Origin: an uncultured Lachnospiraceae bacterium
GTDB lineage: Bacteria; Bacillota; Clostridia; Lachnospirales; Lachnospiraceae
Direction: 5' to 3'
NCBI GenBank assembly: GCA_964488415.1
Contig: CAZAUP010000001.1
Location: 1 to 45,484, forward strand
DNA length: 45,484 nucleotides
Shown here: positions 16,894-25,408 of the stretch, in pieces
Position numbering within the stretch: position 1 is the first letter of the stretch
How the letters are laid out: every line of letters begins with the position of its first letter
Notes under the pieces: model-generated
What the model saw: the letters and a program-made list of their open reading frames with translations, nothing else
The model's database searches: none
Told to the model about the DNA's origin: nothing
Position numbers and translations under genes: made by a program

Positions 16894-17871
16894 TTAGGGA
16901 GAGGCAGTTGGTTTCCGGTTGTTTTCTTTGTAAAACTCTTTGAACTCTGTCGGGGTACATTCTTTAAACTTTTTAAATACCCGGTTGAAGGTGGAAATAC
17001 TGGAAAAGCCGGACTGAAGTGCAACCTCCGTAATGGGAAGGGAGGGATCCAGCAGTAAAATTTCCGCAGCCTTTAGTCTGCGAAGGCAAAGGTAATCATA
17101 AAAGGAGGTATCCGTAAACTGGCGAAAGAGTCTGGAAAAGTGGAATTTGGAAAAGCCTATTTGAGCGGCTGCGGTTTCCAGGGTAATATCTTCCATATAA
17201 TAATGTTCAATGTAATCAAATACTACGTTAAATTTTTCTACATATTTCCGCTGTTTGTTAGATGGTATGGCTGGCAGGGAGGAGGACGGAGCATCCTGAC
17301 TGTTGCGGGCAAGCAACACGAAAAACTGAATCAGCAGTGCAATACCGGAGGGCTCACCAAGAGAATCGTTACTTGTGTATTCCTCTGCGACCTGCAGAAG
17401 CAGTTCCTTTTCTTTCTTGTGGATTTCCGGCATGGTTTCCGGTGTAATCAGACAGGAGAGGGAGAGCAGGGAGAACAGTCTGGTGAATCCCCGGAACTTA
17501 TTTAAGGAGGATAGGTTAAACAAAAGAATCAGACGTGTTCCGTGCTTAGGAGCAGTGAGCTCGTGAAGCTCTCCCGGCGGGATGATGAATATGTCGTTCT
17601 CTCTCAGTTCATAGGTAGTGTGGTTCATGGTAACGGTATAGCCGTTTTCTAGCGGCATAATAATCTCTACCGTGGAGTGCCAGTGTAACGGAAAGCCTGT
17701 GGCTTCACGGTTAATCCAAAGAAAAATGGAGGAATCGTCCTCTGTATAGCTGACTCTTTCAAATGTACCGTTTACATTTCTGTGGCGGAAATTGTAATTC
17801 CGTTCACAGGATTTTTTTCGCAGTTCAATCCAATGTGAAATTTCTGCCGATGAGGTATTGTTATTTTGCAT
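16894..17871 (-). CDS. AraC/XylS-family transcriptional regulator (N-terminal cupin sensor plus C-terminal double HTH)
   Basis: Start at 17871 (MQNNNTSS, AGGAGGA RBS). Cupin-like HWHSTVEII...PPGELH. C-terminal HTH_18 region with FSKFHFSRLFRQ and GFSSISTFNRVFKK. Divergent from the 13-kb operon. Confidence 0.85.
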   Translation of the reverse strand: MQNNNTSSAEISHWIELRKKSCERNYNFRHRNVNGTFERVSYTEDDSSIFLWINREATGFPLHWHSTVEIIMPLENGYTVTMNHTTYELRENDIFIIPPGELHELTAPKHGTRLILLFNLSSLNKFRGFTRLFSLLSLSCLITPETMPEIHKKEKELLLQVAEEYTSNDSLGEPSGIALLIQFFVLLARNSQDAPSSSLPAIPSNKQRKYVEKFNVVFDYIEHYYMEDITLETAAAQIGFSKFHFSRLFRQFTDTSFYDYLCLRRLKAAEILLLDPSLPITEVALQSGFSSISTFNRVFKKFKECTPTEFKEFYKENNRKPTASP

Positions 17872-18009
17872 AATAGGAATCCTCCTTGTGTTATTGTGAA
17901 ATTTGACGAAAAACTTTGCACTGGTGCGACAATAAAAAACAAAAAGCGTCAATAAATCAAAAATTGCTATTTTTACACACCGGAAGGGGCGGGATAAAGT
18001 GCATAAAAA

Positions 18010-18027
18010 AACTTTACAGAAACTTTA
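18010..18027 (+). promoter_or_regulatory. Direct repeat AACTTTA x2 with 11-bp period abutting the -35 (candidate AraC-type activator site)
   Basis: AACTTTA at 18010-18016 and 18021-18027. A related AACTTTG lies at 17912-17918, nearer the araC-like gene start. Confidence 0.3.
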
Positions 18028-18035
18028 TTTTATAC

Positions 18036-18064
18036 TTGAAATTATACAAATATCATAATATAAT
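18036..18064 (+). promoter_or_regulatory. Strong sigma-A promoter TTGAAA-17-TATAAT for the nine-gene operon
   Basis: -35 at 18036-18041, 17-nt spacer, consensus -10 at 18059-18064. This leaves an approximately 350-nt leader before ATG 18418. Confidence 0.65.
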
Positions 18065-18417
18065 TAGTGTAGGTTGTAAAGAGCCGTTTTCTAATTTGTC
18101 GAATTCCGCCAAGGTGTCTTCGAGGGGCGCAACAGATGCGGATAGGAAAAGCAATATTTGATAGGCGCGATTCCGAAAAAAAGACTATAATGGCACTGTA
18201 CGATACAAAAAAAGCTTTTTCCGACCCTGCCTTTTTTGGTGAAACTGTACAAAGGTCGGGAAGAGAAAACCTTTGGTAATATTTATCAAAGGAAGAAAGC
18301 CGATACGCATTTTACAAAGAGCTGTTTCGACAGCTTTTAGAGAGGTGCGCGCCGGCTTTGGTTTGTCGTTACGGCAAACCGTGTGCGAAGGGAATATGCA
18401 CAGGAAAGGAGCAGACT

Positions 18418-21342
18418 ATGTCAAAAGGAAAGAAAATATTCCTTTCTGTAGCGGCTGTTGTTGCGGTTGCAGTGATTGTACTTATCATTGTATTCGGTAA
18501 CAAGGACACCAGCTTCAGAGAAAAGTATGAAGGGACAAATCTTGAAGTGACTGAAGGGGAGTTCGGACGAAGCGATACCTATGCTTTGTATCTGGATGCC
18601 CATGCAGATGCGGCAAGACCTCAGGCAGAAGAAATTGTAGTGGATTTGACCGCATATAATACGGCAAATGCAAAAAAGACTGAGGTAAAAAACAATTATG
18701 AAGGGGAAGATAAGGTTCTTTATCAGGAGGACAGCGGTTATACCGAGTGGCAGGTAAGTGTGCCGGAAAGCGGTATGTACCGTGTATATATTGAGTATTA
18801 TCCGGTAGAGTCCCGAGGGGTTAGCATGGAGCGCGCTTTCTATATTAATGGAGAGCTTCCGTTTTCGGGTTCCGATGCGTTGACATTCACGAGACGTTGG
18901 GCTGACGGCAGCGAGGTAAAGACCGACAATCAGGGAAATGATCGCCGGCCGACACAGGTGGAGGCACCGGATTGGTGTTCGGCATATTTCATGGACTACA
19001 TGGGATATTTTGCTGATCCGTATGAATATTATTTTGAAGCTGGAACCAGTACCATTGCTTTGGAGAGCGTGAACGAGCCGATGGCAATTCGTAAGCTTGC
19101 ATTGCGCCCTGTAACCGAAGTACAGACTTACGAGGAGTATCGTGCATCCCAGCCGAATGTAACCGGTGGCGTGGATTACATAAAGAAGTTCCAGGGTGAG
19201 AATTCGACGGTTCGTTCCGAGGCATCTCTCTATGCCCGTTCCGACCATTCCTCTCCGAATACGGAGCCATATAGTGTTACCGCGCAGAAGCTGAATTACG
19301 GCGGCGGCAGCAGCTGGAAAATTGCAGGTCAGTGGATTGAATGGGAAATTGAAGTGCCGGAGGACGGTTACTATAACATCAGTCTCAAGGCACGTCAGAA
19401 TGCCAGCCGTGGTGTTGTTTCCAACCGTATCATTTACATTGACGGCGAGGTTCCGTTTGAGGAGATGTCTGTTGTTTCGTTTAAATTCAGCAGCAACTGG
19501 GAAAACGTGGATCTGGCAGATGCGGAAGGCAATCCGTATGAGTTTTATCTGACTGCGGGTAAGCATACGCTTCGTATGGAGGTTACCTTAGGTGAGATGG
19601 GTACCATCTTAAATGACTTACAGGATTCCATGACGCGTTTAAATGAGATGTATCGTACCATTCTTGTATTAACCGGTGCATCTCCGGATAAGTACCGTGA
19701 TTACAAGATTGCAGAGATATATCCGGAGGTTATGGAAGGTCTGGAGTTAGAATACAAGCGTCTGTATGCACTGATTGATGAATCGGTAGAATATTCCGGT
19801 CAGCAGTCCGCATATCTTGCGGCAGTGCAGACCTTGGCAAAACAGATTGAGAAGTTTGTAAAAAATCCGGACAAGATTACAAAGCAGTTCGAAACCTTTA
19901 AGACGAATATCAGTGCACTTGGTACTTCTATTAATTCTCTTGCAGAGGGACCGCTTGACATTGATTACATTACCGTAACCGGTACAAATCAGGAGCCGGA
20001 GGAGGTAAAGAGCTCTATCTGGGCAAAGATTGCACATGAGGTTCGCTATTTCATTGCTTCCTTCACCGTTGACTATAATTCACTTGGTGATGTGTACGCA
20101 GGAGATGACTCGGAGGTAATCAATGTATGGATTCTGACCGGTCGTGACCAGAGCTCTGTGCTCAAGTCTCTTATCGATGAAATGTTTACACCGGAGACCG
20201 GTATTCCGGTTAACGTAAAGCTGGTACAGCAGCAGATGGTATTGAGTGCGACAATCGCAGGAACCGGTCCGGATATTGCGATTTCCATGCCGCAGAATGA
20301 GCCGGTAAACTACGCACTTCGTAATGCGGTAGAGGATTTGACCCAGTTTGAGGGCTGGGAAGAGCTGGTAGCCCAGTACAGCGACAGCTCTACGGCACCG
20401 TACTGGTTCGAGGGCGGCTTGTATGCGATGCCGGAGACACAGATTTTTAATGTAATGTTCTATCGTACCGATATTATGGAAGAGCTTGGCTTGGAGGTTC
20501 CGGAAACATGGGATGATTTAATTGATATGCTTCCGACCATCCAGCAGAACAACCTGGAGGTGGCAATTCCGTCTACGGAGCGTAAGTTTGGTAATATGGC
20601 TTCTCCGGACTTGTCTGCATTCATGGCTCTTTTGTATCAGAATGGAGGTTCCTTATATAATGAAGGAAACACCATGACAACGATTGACAGTGAAGCAGGT
20701 ATTAAGGCATTTGAAACCTACACGAGATTCTATTCTCACTATGGTCTGCCGACCACCTACGACTTTGCAACGCGTTTCCGTTCCGGTCAGATGCCAATTG
20801 GTATTCAGGACTATAACATTTACAACACATTAGCGGTTTCCGCACCGGAAATCAGAGGCTTGTGGGAGTTTGCATTGGTTCCGGGTATTGAGCAGGAGGA
20901 CGGCACGGTAGATCATTCCTGTTCTTCATGGGGCGTATGTACGATGCTGATGAAGAATGAGGAGCATTCGGAAGAGTTCAAGCAGAAGTGCTGGGAGTTC
21001 ATTAAGTGGTGGGCAAATTCCGAAACGCAGACCCGTTACGGTCGTGAGATGGAAGCAGTACTTGGTTCTTCCGCAAGACATACCACTGCAAACACGATTA
21101 CCTTTGATCAGCTTCCGTGGAATTCCAAGGAGATGGCTGTATTGAAGGAACAGTGGAGCTACACCGTAAAGATTCCGGAGGTAGCAGGTGGTTATTACAC
21201 AACCAGACATATTACGAATGCAGCACGTAAGGTTTATAACGACAAGGAAGACCCGCGTGAAACCCTGCGTGACTATGCAAAGACCATAAACGACGAGATC
21301 GAGAAGAAACGCCTTGAATTCGGTCTGCCGGTAGAGGAATAG
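18418..21342 (+). CDS. 974-aa membrane-anchored fusion protein: N-terminal TM helix, two CBM-like beta-sandwich repeats, a helical region, and a C-terminal extracellular solute-binding (CUT1 SBP) domain
   Basis: Start at ATG 18418 (MSKGKKIFLSVAAVVAVAVIVLIIVFG) behind AGGAAAGGAG. Internal repeat WQVSVPESGMYRVYIEYYP..SRGV...FYINGELPF...PYEYYFEAG versus WEIEVPEDGYYNISLKAR..SRGV...IYIDGEVPF...PYEFYLTAG. The C-terminal approximately 420 aa look like an SBP_bac_1-type binding protein. Two permease genes follow. Confidence 0.7.
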   Translation: MSKGKKIFLSVAAVVAVAVIVLIIVFGNKDTSFREKYEGTNLEVTEGEFGRSDTYALYLDAHADAARPQAEEIVVDLTAYNTANAKKTEVKNNYEGEDKVLYQEDSGYTEWQVSVPESGMYRVYIEYYPVESRGVSMERAFYINGELPFSGSDALTFTRRWADGSEVKTDNQGNDRRPTQVEAPDWCSAYFMDYMGYFADPYEYYFEAGTSTIALESVNEPMAIRKLALRPVTEVQTYEEYRASQPNVTGGVDYIKKFQGENSTVRSEASLYARSDHSSPNTEPYSVTAQKLNYGGGSSWKIAGQWIEWEIEVPEDGYYNISLKARQNASRGVVSNRIIYIDGEVPFEEMSVVSFKFSSNWENVDLADAEGNPYEFYLTAGKHTLRMEVTLGEMGTILNDLQDSMTRLNEMYRTILVLTGASPDKYRDYKIAEIYPEVMEGLELEYKRLYALIDESVEYSGQQSAYLAAVQTLAKQIEKFVKNPDKITKQFETFKTNISALGTSINSLAEGPLDIDYITVTGTNQEPEEVKSSIWAKIAHEVRYFIASFTVDYNSLGDVYAGDDSEVINVWILTGRDQSSVLKSLIDEMFTPETGIPVNVKLVQQQMVLSATIAGTGPDIAISMPQNEPVNYALRNAVEDLTQFEGWEELVAQYSDSSTAPYWFEGGLYAMPETQIFNVMFYRTDIMEELGLEVPETWDDLIDMLPTIQQNNLEVAIPSTERKFGNMASPDLSAFMALLYQNGGSLYNEGNTMTTIDSEAGIKAFETYTRFYSHYGLPTTYDFATRFRSGQMPIGIQDYNIYNTLAVSAPEIRGLWEFALVPGIEQEDGTVDHSCSSWGVCTMLMKNEEHSEEFKQKCWEFIKWWANSETQTRYGREMEAVLGSSARHTTANTITFDQLPWNSKEMAVLKEQWSYTVKIPEVAGGYYTTRHITNAARKVYNDKEDPRETLRDYAKTINDEIEKKRLEFGLPVEE

Positions 21343-21355
21343 AAAGGAGGATGAC

Positions 21356-22291
21356 ATGGGCAGTATTTTATCGCTGTATTTCAGCAAAAAGAAAAGAGAT
21401 TTCCGTGTAGCTTGGAAGAAGGCTAAGATGGCGAAGAGTTGTTACTTGTTCGTTCTTCCTTATGCTGTGTTGTTTACTTTGGTTATTGTAGTGCCGATTA
21501 TCATGTCTCTGGTACTCAGCTTCACCTACTATAACGTATTGGAGATACCGAAATTTGTAGGTCTGCAGAACTACATTAACCTTATCCTGGCGGATGATGT
21601 ATTCTTAACCGCAGTAAAGAATACACTTGTTTTGGCAGTTATTATCGGACCGGGCGGTTATATTGCATCGTTCCTGTTCGCATGGCTGATTAACGAGCTG
21701 CCGCGTTATTTAAAGGCGGTTGCGATTGTGTGCTTCTATGCACCGTCTATTTCAGGTCAGGCGTATACGATTTGGCAATTGATTTTCAGTAACGATGCTT
21801 ACGGTTGGGCGAACTCCCTGCTTGCGGAGTTCGGTCAGGAACCAATCCTTTGGCTTTCCAATCCGGATTATATGCTGACCGTTGTAGTTGTTGTTTCCTT
21901 ATGGATGAGCTTGGGTAATGGTTTCCTTGGCTTCGTAGCAGGTTTGCAGGGCGTTGACCGTTCCCAGTACGAGGCAGCCTATGTGGATGGCATTAAGAAC
22001 CGTTGGCAGGAGCTTTGGTATATCACGCTTCCGAGTATGAAGCCGATGCTGCTCTTTGGTGCAATCAACTCCATTACCACCGCATTTGGTGTATCCGATA
22101 TCCCGGAAGCACTTTGCGGTATGCCGAGTACGGACTATGCGGTACACACCATGGTAACGCACCTGAAGGATTATGGTCAGTTACGTTACGAAATGGGTTA
22201 TGCGTCCGCAGTAGCAACCATTCTCTTCCTTATCATGCTTCTTTGTAATAAATTTATTCAGGGTCTGTTAAACAGAGTCGGAACAAACTAA
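21356..22291 (+). CDS. CUT1 sugar ABC transporter permease (MalF/UgpA-like), set A
   Basis: 311 aa, 6 TM. EAA loop EAAYVDGIKNRWQELWYITLPSMKP. Confidence 0.9.
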   Translation: MGSILSLYFSKKKRDFRVAWKKAKMAKSCYLFVLPYAVLFTLVIVVPIIMSLVLSFTYYNVLEIPKFVGLQNYINLILADDVFLTAVKNTLVLAVIIGPGGYIASFLFAWLINELPRYLKAVAIVCFYAPSISGQAYTIWQLIFSNDAYGWANSLLAEFGQEPILWLSNPDYMLTVVVVVSLWMSLGNGFLGFVAGLQGVDRSQYEAAYVDGIKNRWQELWYITLPSMKPMLLFGAINSITTAFGVSDIPEALCGMPSTDYAVHTMVTHLKDYGQLRYEMGYASAVATILFLIMLLCNKFIQGLLNRVGTN

Positions 22292-22348
22292 GAAGCAAAG
22301 AGCAAAGGGTACGTCCAAAAGGGCGAAGTATAGAAAAGGAGAGAAACA

Positions 22349-23209
22349 ATGGCAAAGATAAAAAAGAAAAAGCGTCAAAATCGGTCCCTGGGGGGCGATA
22401 TCGCAGTTTATTTGGTATTGATTTTGTTCGGCGCATTCATGGTAATTCCGCTGATATACGCCGCATGTCTGGCGTTTAAGCCGTTGGACGAGGTGTTGAA
22501 GAATCCGCCGGACATTTTGGTAAAGAACCCGACGTTAGATAACTTCTCTGACCTGTTTATTGTAATGGGTCAGAACTGGGTGCCGTTTACCAGATATCTG
22601 TTTAACACACTGTTCATTACTGCGGCAGGTACGGCAGGACAGCTGCTTGTGGCATCCATGGGTGCGTATGTGCTTGCGAAGTTTGATTTTCCGGGCGGAA
22701 AGAAATTCTTCAAAATGGTTACTACCGCAATCATGTTCAACGGTTACATTACACAGATTCCGTTGTATCTGGTTATGGCAAAGTTTGGCTGGGTGGATAC
22801 CTATATTGCACCGATTATTCCGGCAATTGCTGCTCCGATGGGTCTCTTCCTGATGAAGCAGTTCATGGAGGGTATTCCGGATTCCCTGATTGAAGCTGCA
22901 AAGATTGACGGTGCGAAGGAATGGGGGATTTTTACAAAAATTGTCATGCCGAATGTTAAGCCGGCATGGCTGACCCTCATTATCTTTTCGGTGCAGTCAC
23001 TGTGGAGTAATCAGCAGTCTACCTACATTTACTCTGAGGAGTTAAAGACACTGCCGTATGCGTTGTCTCAGGTGCAGGCCGGCGGTATTGCACGTGCCGG
23101 TGCAGGTGCAGCGGTATCTCTGGTTATGATGATTGTGCCGATTGGCGTATTCATTTTCTCTGAGAGTAACATTCTGGAGACTATGGCAAGCTCCGGTATT
23201 AAAGAATAG
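22349..23209 (+). CDS. CUT1 sugar ABC transporter permease (MalG/UgpE-like), set A
   Basis: 286 aa. EAA loop EAAKIDGAKEWGIFTKIVMPNVKP. Confidence 0.9.
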   Translation: MAKIKKKKRQNRSLGGDIAVYLVLILFGAFMVIPLIYAACLAFKPLDEVLKNPPDILVKNPTLDNFSDLFIVMGQNWVPFTRYLFNTLFITAAGTAGQLLVASMGAYVLAKFDFPGGKKFFKMVTTAIMFNGYITQIPLYLVMAKFGWVDTYIAPIIPAIAAPMGLFLMKQFMEGIPDSLIEAAKIDGAKEWGIFTKIVMPNVKPAWLTLIIFSVQSLWSNQQSTYIYSEELKTLPYALSQVQAGGIARAGAGAAVSLVMMIVPIGVFIFSESNILETMASSGIKE

Positions 23210-23225
23210 CAAGGAGGAGAGACGT

Positions 23226-24758
23226 ATGAAATTAAGAAAGAAAATTGTAGCAGCTCTCCTTGGTGCGGTGACAGTGCTCAGCATTTGTCCGACCGGAGTT
23301 GCACAGGCAACCGAAGTGAACACATATACATACAATTACGATTTCTGGGGAATCGAGTATGAGTCTCCGGATGCATACAAGGCAACCACCTTTGTTACGG
23401 GAGAGAGTCTTGGTACGACGGAGCTTAAAGCACCGCAGGGTATGTATATTCGTGATGACAGGGTGTATATCGCAGATACCGGTAACAGCCGTATTCTTGA
23501 GCTTCAGGTAAACGGAGCAGAGCTTACGCTGGTACGTGAAATCAAGGAGTTTAAGGGAGATGCGGAGGTAACGACCTTTAATTTGCCGCAGGATGTATTT
23601 GTAACGGCAGATGGAGAGCTCTTTATTGCAGATACCGAGAATCAGAGAGTGGTTCATTTGGATAATGACTTAAATCTGATAAAGTTTATTACCCAGCCGG
23701 TGGATGATCCGACGGTAGACGTGACACTTTCCTTCCTTCCGACGAAGGTGGTGGCAGACCGTGCAGGCCGTGCGTTTGTACTGGTAAAGAGTGTTAATAA
23801 GGGCTTTATGGAGTTTGAGGCAAATGGTGAGTTTATCGCATATGTAGGCGCAAATGAGGTAGTGTTCAATATGGCGGATTACATCAAGAAGGTGTTCTCT
23901 ACCAAGGAACAGCGTGCGCAGATGGAGAGCTTTACGCCGACGGAGTACAATAACCTCTATATTGATGGCAATGGTTTCGTTTATTGTACCACATCGGTAT
24001 TCGATGTGGGTGCGTTGAAATCTGACGCGGCAAAGCCGATTCGTAAGCTTAATTCGCTCGGAAAGGATATTTTAATCAAAAATGCAGAGTATCCGCCGAT
24101 TGGTGATTTACAGTGGGATAATGTAGCCGGTATGGACGGACCGTCCCGTCTTGTAGACATTACGGCATTCGAGAATGAAATGTATTTTGCAATTGACCGT
24201 GTCAGAGGCCGTATTTTCGGTTATGACGAGCAGGGAAATCTGCTGTATGCATTCGGCGGCCCGGGCAACAAGCTCGGATACTTCCAGAATCCGGTGGCGA
24301 TTGACCATATGGGAACGGATTTGTTTGTATTAGACTCCACCTCCGGCGGTCTGACCAGATTCCAGTTAACCGAATTCGGACAGTTAATCTACAATGGTCT
24401 GGAGCAGTATGACATCGGTGAGTATGAAAAGTCTGCGGAGTACTGGACTGAGGTTCTGGAGTTAAACGGGAACTACGACCTTGCGTATATCGGTATCGGC
24501 AGAGCACTTCTCGGACAGGGAAAGTACGAAGAAGCGATGCAGTACTTTGAAGTAAAGCGCGATGATGATAATTATTCTCGTGCATGGAAGTATTACCGTA
24601 AGGAGTGGATTGAGGAAAACTTAGGATATGTTATTATTGTCCTTGCAGTCCTTATTTTAGTACCGGGTGTAATTAAGCTGGTGAAGAAAATCAAGAAGGA
24701 GGCGCGAGAAGAGTATGAATTTCAAATTGAATTGGTACGACGTAATAAACAAATCTAA
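23226..24758 (+). CDS. Secreted NHL-repeat beta-propeller protein with TPR-like repeats and a C-terminal TM anchor
   Basis: Start at ATG 23226 (MKLRKKIVAALLGAVTVLSICPTGVAQA signal peptide, AGGAGG RBS). NHL-like blades (VYIADTGNSRILEL, LFIADTENQRVVHL, LFVLDSTSGGLTRF). TPR-like EYEKSAEYWTEVLELNGNYDLAYIGIGRALLGQGKYEEAMQYF. TM helix GYVIIVLAVLILVPGVI followed by a basic tail. Confidence 0.65.
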   Translation: MKLRKKIVAALLGAVTVLSICPTGVAQATEVNTYTYNYDFWGIEYESPDAYKATTFVTGESLGTTELKAPQGMYIRDDRVYIADTGNSRILELQVNGAELTLVREIKEFKGDAEVTTFNLPQDVFVTADGELFIADTENQRVVHLDNDLNLIKFITQPVDDPTVDVTLSFLPTKVVADRAGRAFVLVKSVNKGFMEFEANGEFIAYVGANEVVFNMADYIKKVFSTKEQRAQMESFTPTEYNNLYIDGNGFVYCTTSVFDVGALKSDAAKPIRKLNSLGKDILIKNAEYPPIGDLQWDNVAGMDGPSRLVDITAFENEMYFAIDRVRGRIFGYDEQGNLLYAFGGPGNKLGYFQNPVAIDHMGTDLFVLDSTSGGLTRFQLTEFGQLIYNGLEQYDIGEYEKSAEYWTEVLELNGNYDLAYIGIGRALLGQGKYEEAMQYFEVKRDDDNYSRAWKYYRKEWIEENLGYVIIVLAVLILVPGVIKLVKKIKKEAREEYEFQIELVRRNKQI

Positions 24759-25389
24759 AGGAAGAAAATTCTTAGACTCCCTCCGCTATGCGCTGTATGT
24801 AATTACACATCCGTTCGACGGCTTTTGGGATTTGACGCATGAAAAAAGAGGTACTGTTGCATCTGCACATGTATTAGTATTTTTATTCTTTATGACAAAC
24901 CTTTGGAGTATGCGTTATTCAAACTTTATGTTTAACAATGTGCTTTGGGAAAAGGTTAACATTTGGATGCAGATTGCGGGCAGCATTGCTCCGATAGTAA
25001 TTTACTGCGCGGCGAACTGGTGTCTGACCACGCTGTTTGACGGTAAAGGACGGTTCTCGGATGTATATATCGGAACGGCGTATGCGTTGACTCCGTATAT
25101 TATTCTGACTAATATTGCTACCATTGTCAGCAATTTTGTAACCGTGGAAGAAGGAGCATTCATCACCATTTTCAACGGATTTGCATTAATCTGGTGCGGT
25201 TTCCTGATTCTGGTTTCCGTTATGCAGATTCATGACTATTCTCTTGGAAAGGCTGTGCTTGCGATTATCGCTTCTGTAGCGGGCATGATGATTATCGTAT
25301 TCTTGTTGCTGCTGTTTTTCAGCTTAATCAGTGACGGTATTGCATTCTTTGTATCGATATACAAGGAAATCATGTTCCGCGTGTACTAA
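24715..25389 (+). CDS. Yip1-domain-like 5-TM membrane protein
   Basis: 224 aa. THPFDGFWDL N-terminal motif followed by five hydrophobic helices. The start overlaps the upstream gene by 44 nt. Confidence 0.6.
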   Translation: MNFKLNWYDVINKSKGRKFLDSLRYALYVITHPFDGFWDLTHEKRGTVASAHVLVFLFFMTNLWSMRYSNFMFNNVLWEKVNIWMQIAGSIAPIVIYCAANWCLTTLFDGKGRFSDVYIGTAYALTPYIILTNIATIVSNFVTVEEGAFITIFNGFALIWCGFLILVSVMQIHDYSLGKAVLAIIASVAGMMIIVFLLLLFFSLISDGIAFFVSIYKEIMFRVY

Positions 25390-25408
25390 CCGAAAGGAGG
25401 ATATATAA

